64,000 nucleotides of DNA. Origin: Octopus sinensis (lineage: Eukaryota). The translations under genes were made by a program, and so were the position numbers. The stretch lies in assembly GCF_006345805.1 (NCBI RefSeq), contig NC_042998.1, forward strand, positions 162,626,001 to 162,690,000, written 5' to 3'. Below, one piece after another: positions 1-13,180 of this stretch; within the stretch, counting starts at the first letter, position 1; each line of letters opens with the position of its first letter. The notes under the pieces are model-generated. The model saw nothing but the letters and a program-made list of their open reading frames with translations. It ran no database searches and was not told the origin of the DNA.

Positions 1-602
1 TAAGATAAAAAAAGAAAAAGGATGCGGTAACTAACAGAAAGTAATCAGGAAACCACAAAGCCTTCAGGGTGGACTTATTGGTTACTGCTAATGTAACGAA
101 TATTTTATACACCACACCAGCTTATTCTGGAGACCACAAACATGTTGTTGTTGTAGTGGTGGCGGTGGTGGTGGTGATGGTGGCGACGACGATGGTGGTG
201 ATGGCAGTGGTGGTGACGGAAACAGTGGTGTAGGTTGGTGGTGTGGTTGTAATGTGGATGGTTATAGAATCTAGTGTTAGTAGTAGTTGTGGTTGTTGTT
301 TTATACTTTAGATGTTGTATGCTAATATCAGTGTTGTTCCTGTGTTAAATGTTGTCACTGCTGAAATCACCTTCCTTACCTTGAGGGCAGTACTGGTATT
401 GCAGTATGTACAGTGGATAGAGAAATGGTCTGGACTGGATAGGAGTTGATGTGATATCACAATCTCTATTAGCAGATAACTAATCTGGACTAGATGAGGA
501 AAGCAGTGATTTGAGCTTATATAGTAGATAGAGAACTGGTTTGGATTGGTTGAGAGTAGATGTGACATCATAATCTCTATTAGCAGATAACTAATCTGGA
601 CT

Positions 603-756
603 ACATTATTTACATTGGACCGATATGTGTCCTCATCTTGTTTGTTGTTGCCACAATGTTTCGACTAATTTACTCTCCAGCCTTCATCAGGTGTCCTGGT
701 GGAATTTTGAACCCAACCCTGGGTTCTCATTCCTAAGGTATTTTTTGCTGATGTTA

Positions 757-833
<77 letters not shown>

Positions 834-1054
834 GTTATTTATTCAAGGCACTGCCTGGAATTGAACTCAGAATCTTGGGGTTAGTAGTCCATGCTCTTAA
901 CACTACACTTTATGCCTATGGGCTTAACCACTACACTATATATGCCTGTGGGCTTAACCACAATGCTACATGCCCACAGGTATATAGCGTAGTGGTTAAG
1001 AGCACGAGCTACTAACCCCAAGATTCCGAGTTCAATTCCAGGCAGTAAATGATG

Positions 1055-1096
<42 letters not shown>

Positions 1097-1287
1097 TCAG
1101 AAGAAAAATACCTTAGGAATGAGAACGCAGGGTTGGGTTCAAAATTCTACCAGGACACCTGATAAGGCTGGAGAGTAAATCAACTGAAACGTTGTAGTAA
1201 CAACAAACAAAATGAGGAGACATATCCATCTAATGTAAATAATGTAAATAATGTACAGAATTCCTCATCTCCAAAATATAGAACAAT
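603..1287. mobile_element. Fold-back element: inverted pair of tRNA-headed, (AAT)n-containing, hammerhead-bearing units
   Basis: Arms ~603-910 (-) and ~972-1255 (+) are reverse complements. Each has an A-box/B-box head, (AAT)n and a hammerhead-like motif. Confidence 0.8.
651..694 (-). ncRNA. Minimal type-I hammerhead ribozyme motif (family 1)
   Basis: Reverse complement reads ACAC CUGAUGA A GGCUG gagaguaaau UAGUC GAAA CAUU GUGG. Core is intact, stem II pairs with G-U wobbles, stem I is 3 bp. The sister copy 1155-1197 keeps the ACGU palindrome but has lost G8. Confidence 0.7.
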
Positions 1288-1829
1288 ATAATCTGGACTA
1301 GATGAGGAAAGCAGGGATTTGTGACCTGTATAGTAGATAGAGAACTGGTCTGGACTGATGGAGGGAAGCAATGATATTCATTCTATGTAGAGGATAGAGA
1401 ACTGGCCTTGACTGGATCAGTGAGACAGTGATATAGTCTCAAAACTGGATAGATAATGAGACTGGACTGAGTTGCTTTGTGGTTTGGTTCAGTAGCCTTC
1501 TCTCTACTTAGTTCAAATTCAGCAATGACTAAATTTCAAGATTAGCCTTCCATAATTGATACAGTAAATAATCTAGCAAGCTAACTTTTTCTCAGACAAT
1601 GTTGATATCTGACCTCATCAGCACAAATGCTTATTTGCTACCTTATGTTTGTTGCTTTTGTAATGGTTTTTGTAGTAGTTGAAGGATCTGTAGTATGGTG
1701 CAGGCTATGACTTAAAATTCTTTAATTTATACTTCAGAAATATTCGTTTCTGTGCAGTTTCTCTAGATCAAATTCCAGTCACAAAGCATTGATCAAACAA
1801 TTTACTTGTATGTAATTACTTAAATAGGC

Positions 1830-2445
1830 ACAGTTGTGGCTGTAATAAGAAGCTTGTTTCCCAACCACATTATTCTGGGTTCAGTCCCACTATGTGATAC
1901 ATTAGCCAAGTGTCTTCTAGTATAGCATCAGGCCAACCAAGGCCTTGTGAGTGGATTTGGTGGAAAGAAACTGAAAGAAGGCGGTGAGCTGGCAGAAATG
2001 TTAGCACACCGGGTGAAATTCTTAGCGGTATTTTGTCTGTCTTTATGTTTGGAGTTGAAATTCCGCCGAGGCCAACTTTGCCTTTCATCCTTTTGGGGTC
2101 AATTAAATAAGTTCCAGTTAAGCACTGGGGTCGATGTAATCAACTTAATCTGTTTACCTGTCCTTGTTTGTCCCCTCTGTGTGTAGCCCCTTGTGGGCAG
2201 TAAAGAAATAAGAAACTGAAAGAAGCCCATTATACACACACATGCATGCGCGTGCATGTGTGTGTTGTTTGTGTTTGTTTCCCACCACTGCTTGACAACC
2301 AGCATGGGAGTGTTTACATCCCTGTAACTTAGCAGTTTGGCATAAAGGAGTGATAGAATAAGTAGTGGGCTTAAAAAAAAAAAACTACTGAGGTTGTTTC
2401 ATTTGACTTAAAATTCAAGGTGGTGCCCCACAATGAAATGAGATA
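1830..2445 (+). mobile_element. tRNA-derived CORE-like composite SINE, interrupted by another SINE
   Basis: Head gtggctgtaataagaagcttg...gggttcagtcccac, the gccttgtgagtggatttgg...gaaactgaaagaagccc block, a microsatellite and the tail. Confidence 0.8.
1981..2209 (+). mobile_element. SINE with Deu/Nin-like domain, inserted with a 16-bp target-site duplication
   Basis: gcggtgagctggcagaa...gcctttcatcc..ggggtc...gtaaagaaat; TSD aagaaactgaaagaag at 1965-1980 and 2210-2225. Confidence 0.85.
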
Positions 2446-2676
2446 GATGGGTAAAAGACACAAATGGAGAGAAAAGAACCAATAAATGATTTTTCTAGTT
2501 CCAGATGTCTTGGACTAGTTGCTACTAAATCTGAAATGTCAACTTTATGCCATCACTGTGACATTACAGTCATGTAGTTGTAATGGTCAGTTGGTCAAGT
2601 TGTTTGATTTCCAGTGGACACTCTCTCAACTTCATATTTTTTCACCAGCACTATACTGAGTCTCTTATTATTATTT

Positions 2677-2905
2677 GGCAAGCTGGCAGAATCGTTAGCA
2701 CGCTGGACAAAATGCTTAGCAGTATTTTGTCTGCCGTTTACATTCTGAGTTCAAATTCAGCCGAGGTCAATTTTACCTTTCATCCTTTCAGGGTCAATTA
2801 AATAAGCACCATTTATGCACTGGAGTTAATGTAATCGACTTAATCCCTTTGTCTGTCCTTGTTTGTCCCCTCTATGTTTAGCCCCCTGTGGGCCATAAAG
2901 AAATA
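2677..2905 (+). mobile_element. Deu/Nin-like SINE copy
   Basis: Same family as 1981-2209. Confidence 0.8.
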
Positions 2906-2906
2906 A

Positions 2907-2968
<62 letters not shown>

Positions 2969-3091
2969 CATCAAGGTAAAATGCTGTAACTTGAAATAAT
3001 GAGAGTCACTGCAAGTACATAACAATAGTTGGTGCTGTTACTTAGTAGTGATCCAACAATAGCAATAATAATAATAATAATAATGATAATG

Positions 3092-3266
3092 GTTTCAAAT
3101 TTTGGTACAAGGCCAACAACTTCGGGGGAGGGGTAAGCCGATTACATCAATCCCAGTCTCAAAAATGATTAAAGGCAAAGTTGACTTTGGTGGAATTTGA
3201 ACTCGGGATGTAAAGATGGACAAAATGCTACCAGTGTGCTAATGATTCTAAAGGCTTGCTGCCTTA
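3092..3266 (-). mobile_element. Deu/Nin-like SINE copy, degenerate
   Basis: Reverse-complement match to the family head and core. Confidence 0.65.
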
Positions 3267-4691
3267 ATAACAACAATAATTAATAATAACAAGAATAATT
3301 ATTGTTTCAATTTTTGCTACAAGGACAGCAAATTTAGAAGGGGTTAGCCAATTATATTGGGCTCTGTGCTTAACTGTTGTTTAAACATATAACATTATAA
3401 TTGTTGTTTCCCTAAAATGTCATCAAAATTGTGCCAAAACTACGTCACTAAGATTGTGCTAAAACTACGTCACCCAAACTGGTTTCAATGTTGTAACTCT
3501 GAAGTTATGACCTAATTGAGTGACCAGAAATCTGCAGTCTCAAATCTGTGGCACTAGAGTTGCGGATACCAAAAGCTGAAGCACCAAATAATATATAAAA
3601 GAAACAAACTGCAAAGAAATAATGAAGCCAAAAGAGCAGAAGAGATAAAAGAGTGGTGCAAACTATCACAGAATGAAAGAAGAGATTTGATATTAAATAA
3701 ATACGTATGTAATATCATACTTCCAAAGTAAAAGGCTACGCACAAAATAGCTCCGCTGATTTTTAACTATTGATCTAAGAATAGATCAAACAGACAGACC
3801 TATGATTAAAGTCTTCTAGCCAGAAAACTCCTATCTTGTTATGAGACAATTTATCTAAGACTACATTATCCAATGTGTCCTTCCCTTTTTCTAAAAGGGC
3901 AAAATTTTGTTTGAGAGGAAATTGGTTGCTATTTCTAACGGTTTGCCTGACCCAATAAACAATCTATCACTGGTTGGTTCTTCTAGAAATTAAACTTGGT
4001 AGTACCGGATGTTAGATGTTATTGTTTAACTTTGAATTGTTATAATAAAGTGATTATCTGAACTATACATGTAGCGAAGTGATTGGTATTAGGAAGGGCA
4101 TCCAGCCATAGAAATCATGCCAAAGTAGACACTGGTGCATAATGCTTTCCTTAGACCCATCCTTAGACCCTATACTTTCGATCTTCAAGATTTGATGACA
4201 CATTTTAAGTGCTACAAATTATCATACTGCAAACTTCAGTGCTGCTGTTTTGGTGTCACAAATTTGATGCAAGAGTTCTCTAACAAAGGCTTTTAATATA
4301 TCTTCCACTATTTAAGAAATGTCTCCAACTATTATAGTTATTTCCTGAATAATAATTCATAGAATGCAAAGTAAATGTCTGATGGGGACAGCTTTTGTAG
4401 ACTGAACACGTGTTTTTGTAAGCATGTATGTGCATATATATATATATATGTACACTGAAAGCATTGTGTTGTACATACATGCATCTTATATAATATAATT
4501 CTTGATGTGTGTGTGCAAACATGTCTATTGATTTGTTTATCTACCTAGCTAGCCAGTTAGGCTATGTAGCCAAATACATATGTATGTAAATGTATGTATG
4601 TATGTATGTAACTATATATTCTTTGTGCATTCATATGTATATGAATGTAGTTCTATGTATATTCATATAAATCTTTGTGAAACTTTACATT

Positions 4692-4736
<45 letters not shown>

Positions 4737-5767
4737 GTACATGCATGCATATATACATACATAAATTGAGAGAGAGGGTAACATGCATACATATATGTCA
4801 ACATATTTCCATGCATACACAAACATGCATATATACACAATTACACACAACACATATATACATATACACACACACACATATATATATACATACACACACA
4901 CACACACCAAATTTTCCAATTATGTTGATAATATCTTAATGGGCGATTAATTAAAAAAGAAAACAACAGCAATTGCTGGTTCCATGTAATTAAATTTCTG
5001 TGCATAGAAATCGCCTTTCTCATCTGTCTTTCTCAAAGCCTGACTCAACACTAACAGTATTTTCTCCTATTTATCGTGAAATTCCATTTCGCTAAAGGCA
5101 ACATGTAGTCAACAAGCTTAATGAAATATAAATGTACACCTAGGACTTTTACGATGACAAAACTGCCTGGCCCAGCTTTGATAATGTTTGATGAATAACT
5201 ACATTAGTATAGATTTGGTTTGTGTGTTGGTAATATTGTCTGTAGGTATAATTACGTATGTGTTTATTATATATGCATTAATCATGTGAACCTACCACAT
5301 GTACAAGCATATGATGCAAACAGTGTGTGTTCAGAACTGTCTGTGTAGATAAACCCATTGTTCTTATTTTTACATATTCATGGTAACATACACAAATGAA
5401 TATAAGTGTATGTACATGAAATAGACAGAAACATGGTTGTGTGCATACACATTTGGATATGTGTTCTAAAACACATATATGATTGAATATTTTCACCCAT
5501 GCACGCATGTACAAAAGGAAGAGTGTGTGTGTGCACGCATGTGTACTTATGTGTAAATACTCATATTTGCATATATGCAAATTATTGTTCCCTGAATGTA
5601 TAGATATAGCAAGAAACCCTGAGTAATGACAGAGTGAGTCATCAGCATCAGACGAATGTAAAATCTACTATATTTAGTGCTTTTTCTCCTGTTTCTACAC
5701 CTAAACATACATGTGTGTAAAAATGCCTTTATAACTCATTCACTGCAAGTTGGAGCATAGACTGCAC

Positions 5768-6418
5768 CCAGTGTTGAAGTTGTTGTCCTCTTCACTTATT
5801 TTGGCAAGGTGAGCCATAACAACATTAGCTGCGAGTCCGAAGTTTTTTAAAAAAACTTAGACATGCTGTTGTAGTTGTGGACTCACTGGACAAAGGGGTT
5901 TTGTGTTGTTGATATCCAAGCAGGAGAACAAAAATTTGGGTCTTCAAGTCTTTGGCTCTCTTTGTCTTGCGTTATACTTGCTAAACTTGGACATTGTTTG
6001 GGACCCTTAGGAACCACTTGAACCCCTTTTGGTATCAGGATGCTGCACAGGATTAAGAGCTGCCATGAGTTGGATTTTGCATGCAACCAATGACTATATA
6101 CTCAGAAACTAGGATTGTGTCCTGTTACTTGTAAGATCTGGGAGCATCAGCTCAGAGTGTTAGGTCATGTTGCTCAATTTTCCAAGCCAGATCCTGTGTA
6201 CCATGTTTTTTTCTCTGAGGATCTGGACGGGTTGGTGGTTCATGCTGTTCAACCATATGCCCCATAGTTCACATCAAATGAAGAAATATTTCATTGAGAA
6301 GGGTACTGAGACATAGCTCAAATGGTTGTCCAAGATTACCTGAGCAGATACTGACAAATAGTAGATGCAGTGATGCACTGCAACAGTGCATGCTTCTGTA
6401 TTTGACCTGACTATGACT
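5768..6418 (+). mobile_element. RTE-clade LINE 3' remnant (post-RT region and tail)
   Basis: Frameshifted translation VEVVVLFTYFG...DSLDKGVLCC*YPSRRTKIWVFKSL...TWTL...HQLRVLGHVAQFSKPDP...DAVMHC, ending in an acctgact-type tail. Confidence 0.8.
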
Positions 6419-8035
6419 CACAATTAGGAATGACTTAATATGTGTCGCACCTTTCATTAAGTATTTTTTAAAGTTTTCATAATAGAGATGAACATACAAG
6501 ACACTGTTTGAGATACCCACAGAACATTCAAAACATGACAGTTCAAGGGAGAGAGATGCAGCCCAGCATTTAACTGATGTTCACTTTACTTGTCCCAGAA
6601 AGATTAAAAGCAAAGTTAACACCAACAGCATTTAAGCTCAGAGAATAATGAACCAGAAGAAATCCAGCAAGCTATCTTGTCTAATGCTCTAATAATTACA
6701 CAAATTCCCTGTTATGTGTGTACGTGTATGTGTGTGTACATGCATATCATACTTATCATCATCAGCATCATTCCCATCATCCTCATCATCATTTAACGAC
6801 TGTTTTCCATGCTGGCATGGGATGGATAGTTTGACAGGAGTTGGCAAACTGGGGAGCTGCACTACGCTCCAAGTGTATGATCAGTTTTGTCGTGGTATCT
6901 ATGGCTGGATGCTCTTCCTAATTCCAACCACCTTACAAAGTGTACTGGGTGCTTTTGTGCAGCATCAACATGGATGCTGTCTATGTGGCACCAGCATGAG
7001 TGACTTTTATGTTTCACCATCACCAGTGCTTTTTACTTCGCACCAGCACAGATGCTTTTTATGTGGCACCAACATCCATAGGGTTGCCAAGTAGCCTGCA
7101 AAACAAAGACCACTCAGCTGAGAGGGGGAGTGGAACTGAGGGAGGTGGCTGTGTTCTAGGTGAGAAGTTGGAGTATGATAGAGGGATAGAGATAGATGTT
7201 TTACTATAGAAGAGATACTAGGCAACCACAGTAGGACAAGGTAGGAAAGAATGGTTAACAAGAAAGATAAAGAGACAGTCAGAATGAGAGAGAGGGCCTA
7301 CCTATAGGGAACAGTGGGTGGGTGGGGGGCATAAGTAGTATAGAAGGGCTAGAGGTGGGTGTTCTGTAAGAGCCGTTTAGGAGACGTTTAGAGATTGCAA
7401 GTGATGGTGAGAGGAATTGGAATGACCGGGAGGTAGGTGTGGTAGATATGTGAGAACACAAAGAGCATGTGAATAGGCCTGTAAAGGAGAGTGGAGAAGC
7501 CTGCAGTGGGTGGTGGGGGTGTTGGAAAAATAGGTTGTAGGGGAGATTTTGCTAGAGATGGGAATTTATATGTGTGTATGTGTGTGCGAGGGAAAGGGAA
7601 TGTGACTGTGTGTATGACCCCACTTTACTTAGTTTGACATGTCTACCTTCCCTTTTTAAACACAGGAGACATTCAACCATTTGGTCCTACCCTTACACAA
7701 ACACACATACAAAAAAAAACAAAAAAAAATTAAGATGAATGGTTATAGCTGAAATGCATTTGATTGACCATAGCTTTGCTTGATCTGGTTTGGTCTTGGC
7801 TTAAAGATCAACAATAACAATGACCAACAGCAATTGATCATGTAGCAAATTGGGCAATGAGTGACCCAAATATTTTATGCAGTCTGAACTAAACTGGACT
7901 GGACTGGTTCTTTTATAATTAGATTTGTGGTTTCTAGCTCTTTCGGACAATGTAAAAATTATCATAAACAAAGCAACATATACTACTTAGCATGTTTTAA
8001 GGTAATTCTTTGCTACTGCATGACAACTAAAGTAC

Positions 8036-8097
<62 letters not shown>

Positions 8098-8260
8098 GCA
8101 GACAGAAAGAGGGAGATAGCTATGTATGTATATATATATATATGTGTGTGTGTGTATATGTATGTGTGAATGTGTATATATATGTGTGTGTGTATATATG
8201 TGTGTATGCGTATATGTGTGTATGTATGTGTATACATATACATATGTGTGTGTGAGCGTG

Positions 8261-8294
<34 letters not shown>

Positions 8295-8302
8295 CATACA
8301 CA

Positions 8303-8583
8303 GGTGAGGGTGCATGGCTCAGTGGTTAGAGCACCAGGCTCACTATCATGAGGTATTGAGTTTGATTCCCAGTTTGCTTCAGTTCACTCAGCCGTAGAAA
8401 TGAGCCATGATATCACTGGTGTCAAGCTTTCTCTTGGATAACATCAGTGGCACAGAGAGGGGAGGCATGGCATGCATGGGTGACTGTTGGCCTTTAATAA
8501 ACAACCTTGCCCAGACTTGTGCCTCAGAGGGGAGCTTTTTAGGTACATTCCTGTGGTCATTCATGACCAAAGGGGGTCTTTAC
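8303..8583 (+). mobile_element. tRNA-derived SINE (second family)
   Basis: A-box ggctcagtggttagagc, B-box gagtttgattccc; homologous to 58306-58632. Confidence 0.8.
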
Positions 8584-8696
8584 CCTTTATGCACAAAGGT
8601 AAGCACATAAGGGCAAAACAAGGTGGAAAAAACAGTACTCAAATACCAAAAGCAGAGTAATATACTTTTTATTTAAGCTGCAAAATTACCACAGAA

Positions 8697-8734
8697 CTGT
8701 TACTCAGAGTTTCATGTTCTTGTTCATCAGACAT
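8697..8734 (-). ncRNA. Hammerhead ribozyme motif, degenerate (family 2), in an inverted pair with 8762-8799 (+)
   Basis: Reverse complement reads UGU CUGAUGA acaagaacau GAAA CUC U GAG U A ACA. Stem III is palindromic with a 1-nt loop, the cleavage triplet is GUA and stem II is eroded. The plus copy has CUGU CCGACGA...GAAA...UA ACAG. Confidence 0.6.
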
Positions 8735-8827
8735 TTGTGATGAAAGCAGTTTTCATCACAACTGTCCGACGAATGGGGATGTGAAACGCTGAATAACAGT
8801 TCTGCAGCAATTTTGCAAAAAGTATTG

Positions 8828-8899
<72 letters not shown>

Positions 8900-10586
8900 T
8901 GTGTGTGTGTGAATGAGTAAAATGCATTAAAAAATCCATGCAAATATCGGTAAAGCACTCAGTGTTAAACAAATTTGGTTAACTGTATCCAATAATCAGA
9001 CACCAATAAATGCAAGTAGAATGACTATTCAAGGTAATTCCTCATATACAAGTAAATCCAAATATCACTCAGAAGAATTTCCAGAAATTCAGAGTATAAG
9101 TCAACAAAAATAAAAAGGGAGAAATCTCTTCTTTAATTGGTGATTGCACCATATATTACCGACAATTGTCTGTTGAGTCAATGTATTTAGATAGAGAAAA
9201 TGTCAGTCATTTTATATCTGAAAATATATATTAACACAATGTTATTAAGGCAATACAAAATATCATGAAGGAGAGAAAACAGCATATTCCATATAGGATT
9301 TCCTGTAATCCAAGAGCTTCATGAGAGGTATGAGGGATTGTGGTCACTAGGAGTTAGCAATAAGCAGATTAATTTGTATGCAAATTCATTTTTGAATATT
9401 TTTTTTTTTGCTTAATTCTGTAGTTGTTAATTTTTTTTTATATATATGCATAATATATTCTCTAAGGTAGAGAAGTCCTGCTGTTTGTAAATAAAAAAGG
9501 GACCCTGTGGTGAAAATGATGTCTTTATAGAGAATTGGATAAGAATTAGGTTGAAACATTTAAACTATGTTCTTGATTAAGTTAAAGTATCTTAAATCTT
9601 CTCTAAACCATCTGATGAATTAAGTACTGGCAAACCTTTCAAAGACAGTTTTATGGATTGGTTTCGTCCCTTTTAAACTTAACTTTAGGAAAGAGACAAT
9701 GAAAGATTAATAAAGCTATGTAATTAATTACATAGAGGTTCTTTGAAATATAGAAAGTACTTCAAGAGTTTCCCCAAATTAAAAATATAAGGAAATGCCA
9801 TCAGAGAGTTTAGTTTTGAAGGGTTTAGTTGAACAAAACAACCCCAGTCCTCAAAAAGCAGATGTATATTTTACAAGCATTCTAGCTGTGACCATCCTAT
9901 TGTCTTCTTTATTTGGCATTGTGTACTTAAGATATATTACCTAATATAGTCCTAGATATTATCATTTTTTTTTTTTTTGTTAATGTCAAATAATATGTGA
10001 TTTAAGAGAAAATTGGCTGCTACTTCTAGCAGATTGAAAATCACATAGGGCTGATTTGTTGGCTGGGACACATAAAAGTTGCATTGTGAGGTGACTATAT
10101 GAAAGTAATGTTGGCTGATGTTGAATATTTGAAATAGTTTTGAAATAGAACAGGAAGGAATATAATGTTGAAAATAAGGTTTTTCTAGTCACTAAGATGG
10201 ATTCTGGTAACAGAGAATAGTTGGTCAAAGACTAGGCAATTTCCATAAAGGTAGCTTTCACAAGCAGATTCAAAATTATATCACCAGTGGATTATTAATA
10301 TTAGATTCCTTGGGTAAGTGTTTTGTACTGAGGCACCAGGCCAACCAATACCTTGTGAGTGAATTTGGTCGACAGAAACTTGATGGAAGCACATCATAAC
10401 CATACATATCTCTTTTCTTGGACTATTCTTTTCCTTCTATCAGGTCTGGTACTTTCCTCTTTCCAATGAAGAGTCATGCTCAAAATGTTAAACCTTACCT
10501 CTTTTATTCCATTTTAAACTGAGTGTCAACCTAGCACATTCACTGGGTATGTCCTTTTGACTTTGGTTGTTTTTGTTTTTGATTTC

Positions 10587-10626
<40 letters not shown>

Positions 10627-12449
10627 ATCACTAGTTGACAATTGGTATCGTTTTTGCTGACATCTTTGTAACTTAACAGTTTGGTGAAGGAGACCGGGAT
10701 CAATTTGTATGACTAAAAACCCTTCAACATCATGCCCCAGCATGGCCACAGTCCAATGACTGAAACAGATTAAAGCAAAGGGTAAATGAATAATTGAAAC
10801 TCTCTGAATCCATCAAAATCTCTAATGTTGAGACAAATATAATCCCCTCCACCATGCCACTGAATATTCTCTTGCCATTCCTTTCACTTGAACTTTTCTC
10901 TCTCTCTGTCTCTCTATTTGCTGCTTTCTTTTTATTTCTATGCCTATCTCACTTTCTATTTCCCTCTTCCTCTATTTTGTCTCCCCGACTTCTCAGTCTG
11001 TCTCTGTCCATTAGTCCATCTCTTTAGATACAAGCACACATATTCAAACTTACACAAACAGTCTGTCTCTCTTTCTCTCTCTCTCTCACACACACAAGCA
11101 CTCATACACACATGTTTAAAGGCCCTTACATAAAGAAGTGTAATAAAGAAATACATGCACACGCATAAATTCATATGCACATACACACTAACACACATGC
11201 ATTAACACCCTCACATAGAGAAATACATGCACACATAGATTTATACACACACACAATCATACACACACACAATCAACACACACACACACTCACACACAAA
11301 TACACAATCATACATACACACAATCATAACACACACTTACACATGCAAACACAATAATATATACACTTGCAAATACACGATCACACACACACACACACAC
11401 ACACTCACATACACACACAAACTTTTGCAACATCAAAAATTTAAATGAATGCCTAGCCAAAGAGATACCTTTGCACAGCTTCTTTGGAAATAGTTATCTT
11501 GACTTTTTGCTAAACTTCAACATATGTTAACTGCCTGGAATGCTGGCTTCAAGCCATTCTTGTCTGTCTCCTTAACATTGTTAGTTCCAGATGACTGACT
11601 TAGCCTTTATTTCCAAGTCAGTGGTGTGAAAATGTCTCCTGCCTCCGTTGCCACACCAAATCACCACTTCTTACATCAACTACTTGACATTTTCATTTCA
11701 AAGTTTTTAATGACTAATTGACTTACCAAACAATAGTTGCACACTATACTGAAGAAAGTCACAAACAAACCACTCCATAACAACAACAACCCATTTATTA
11801 GTCAATCTTTGTGTAATACTGTAACCAGTTCTGATCATTAATTGCTAATCACTAATCACTAGACATTATCATTACTATTATTTGATTGTTTATTATCACT
11901 ACTCACTAATCCCTAGACACATTATTATTACTATTATTTAATTGTTTGTCAGTGACATGAGAAAAGTTTAGAATACATATATACATAATTTACCGTTCTG
12001 TTATGGGTAGGATCAACAAAAGAAAGTATTCTGTCTAGTATAAGATAAATATTTAATGCACAAAGTAATTAAATAAGATCTGCTAATAGTTTCATTCCAT
12101 GGAGACACGATAATTTAGCAGATTTATATAATGTGCCTTGTGTACTGAGTTGACCATTTCCATGTGAGGAGAATTGGTTGACAGAAACTGTAAGATGTTG
12201 TATGCGTATGTATGTCCCAGTATGATTAAATTTCCTGGTCTGTTTTGTATTTTATGAAGTCCTATGGTGATGGATGTTTGGTCATCCATCATACAGGGCT
12301 GGATTAAGACCCATTGAGGCCCTAAGAACTTAAAACCTTTTGGTATCCCCATAAAAAATTACCTAATTCAAAATATAAACAGCAACAAACCATAGAATAA
12401 ATTTTTATTTTTCAAAACGAAACAAAACAGTAAGAGGGAAGATGTTGTT

Positions 12450-12630
12450 TATTACCTTCCCCAAGGAAGGAGGTTATGTTTTCATTGGTGTTGATTTGTC
12501 TGTCTGTCCGTCTGCATGCAAAATAACTCAAAAAGTTGTGAACAGTATTTGATGAAACTTGCAGGAAAAGTTGGTAATGACACAAGGAACAGATGATAAA
12601 TTTTGGTAGTGATCCTGGGATTTTTTATGG
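12450..12630 (+). mobile_element. Helentron/HINE (DINE-1-like) non-autonomous element fragment
   Basis: ttattaccttccccaaggaaggaggttatg start followed by a (gtcy)n microsatellite and aactcaaaaagtt...gatgaaa core, as in DINE-1-like elements. Confidence 0.5.
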
Positions 12631-12857
12631 ATTCTTGAAGGATTTTTCATTTGTTATATTTATTTTACATGAAGTATTAGTGTTATGTTCTTTGAATATT
12701 CCCCTTGAAAACCCATTTTAGTTGAGCAAATCGACCCCAAGACTTATTCTTTGTAAGCCTAGTACTTATTCTATCAGTCACTTTTGCCGAACCACTAAGT
12801 TATGGGGAAGTAAACACACCAGTATCGGTTTATATATACATTTATATATATATATAT

Positions 12858-13180
12858 ATATACTGTTGTGTCTGGGGAGAGTTAGTCTCTTTTGGTGCCT
12901 TATAATTTAACACACTCACTGGTAAAATTTCCGCTTATTTCTTACTTTTTCTATTTTTCCAAAATTTTCATTGCATCTTGCAACCTTTTCAATAGTTTTG
13001 ACTCTGTCCATTACTCAGAGTAACGGACAAAGTCAAAACTATTGAAAAGAATGCAAGATGCAACGAAAATTTGAGAAAAATAAAAAAAAAGAAGAAATAA
13101 GCAGAAATTTTACTGCTGAGTGTGTTAAATTATAAGGCACCAAAAGAGAATGACTGTACCCAGACACAACAGAATATACT
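12858..13180. mobile_element. ~320-bp fold-back element (family 3), TA-flanked
   Basis: The arm tactgttgtgtctggggagag...tgtccattact is the reverse complement of agtaacggaca...cccagacacaacagaata; the central loop is ~3 nt. Confidence 0.85.
12959..12995 (-). ncRNA. Candidate hammerhead ribozyme with U3-A8 core (family 3)
   Basis: Reverse complement reads CUA UUGAAAA G GUUGC aagau GCAAU GAAA AUU U UGG. The sister copy 13039-13075 (+) is more degraded. Confidence 0.55.

Larger units (their letters stand above)
400..1470 (+). repeat. Degenerate ~55-bp minisatellite interrupted by the family-1 fold-back
   Basis: Recurring units starting (t)ctggact and ending gatagagaactgg or gcagataactaa, on both sides of the insertion. 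Confidence 0.65.

Noticed and set aside
972-1045. tRNA gene calls for this head and other A/B-box heads (8303, 20402, 58306, etc.)
   Set aside because: They retain A/B boxes but I see no complete cloverleaf with an acceptor stem, and they continue into repeat bodies, so they are SINE-type heads.
10455-10495. Family-4-like ribozyme remnant (caatgaagagtcatgctcaaaatgttaaacc)
   Set aside because: The core is destroyed (no CUGA, no GAAA); at most a fossil copy.
11500-11700. Possible CR1/L2 reverse transcriptase fragment
   Set aside because: Only weak, frameshifted resemblance (GFKPFLS, SGVKMSPASV); not enough to support a call.
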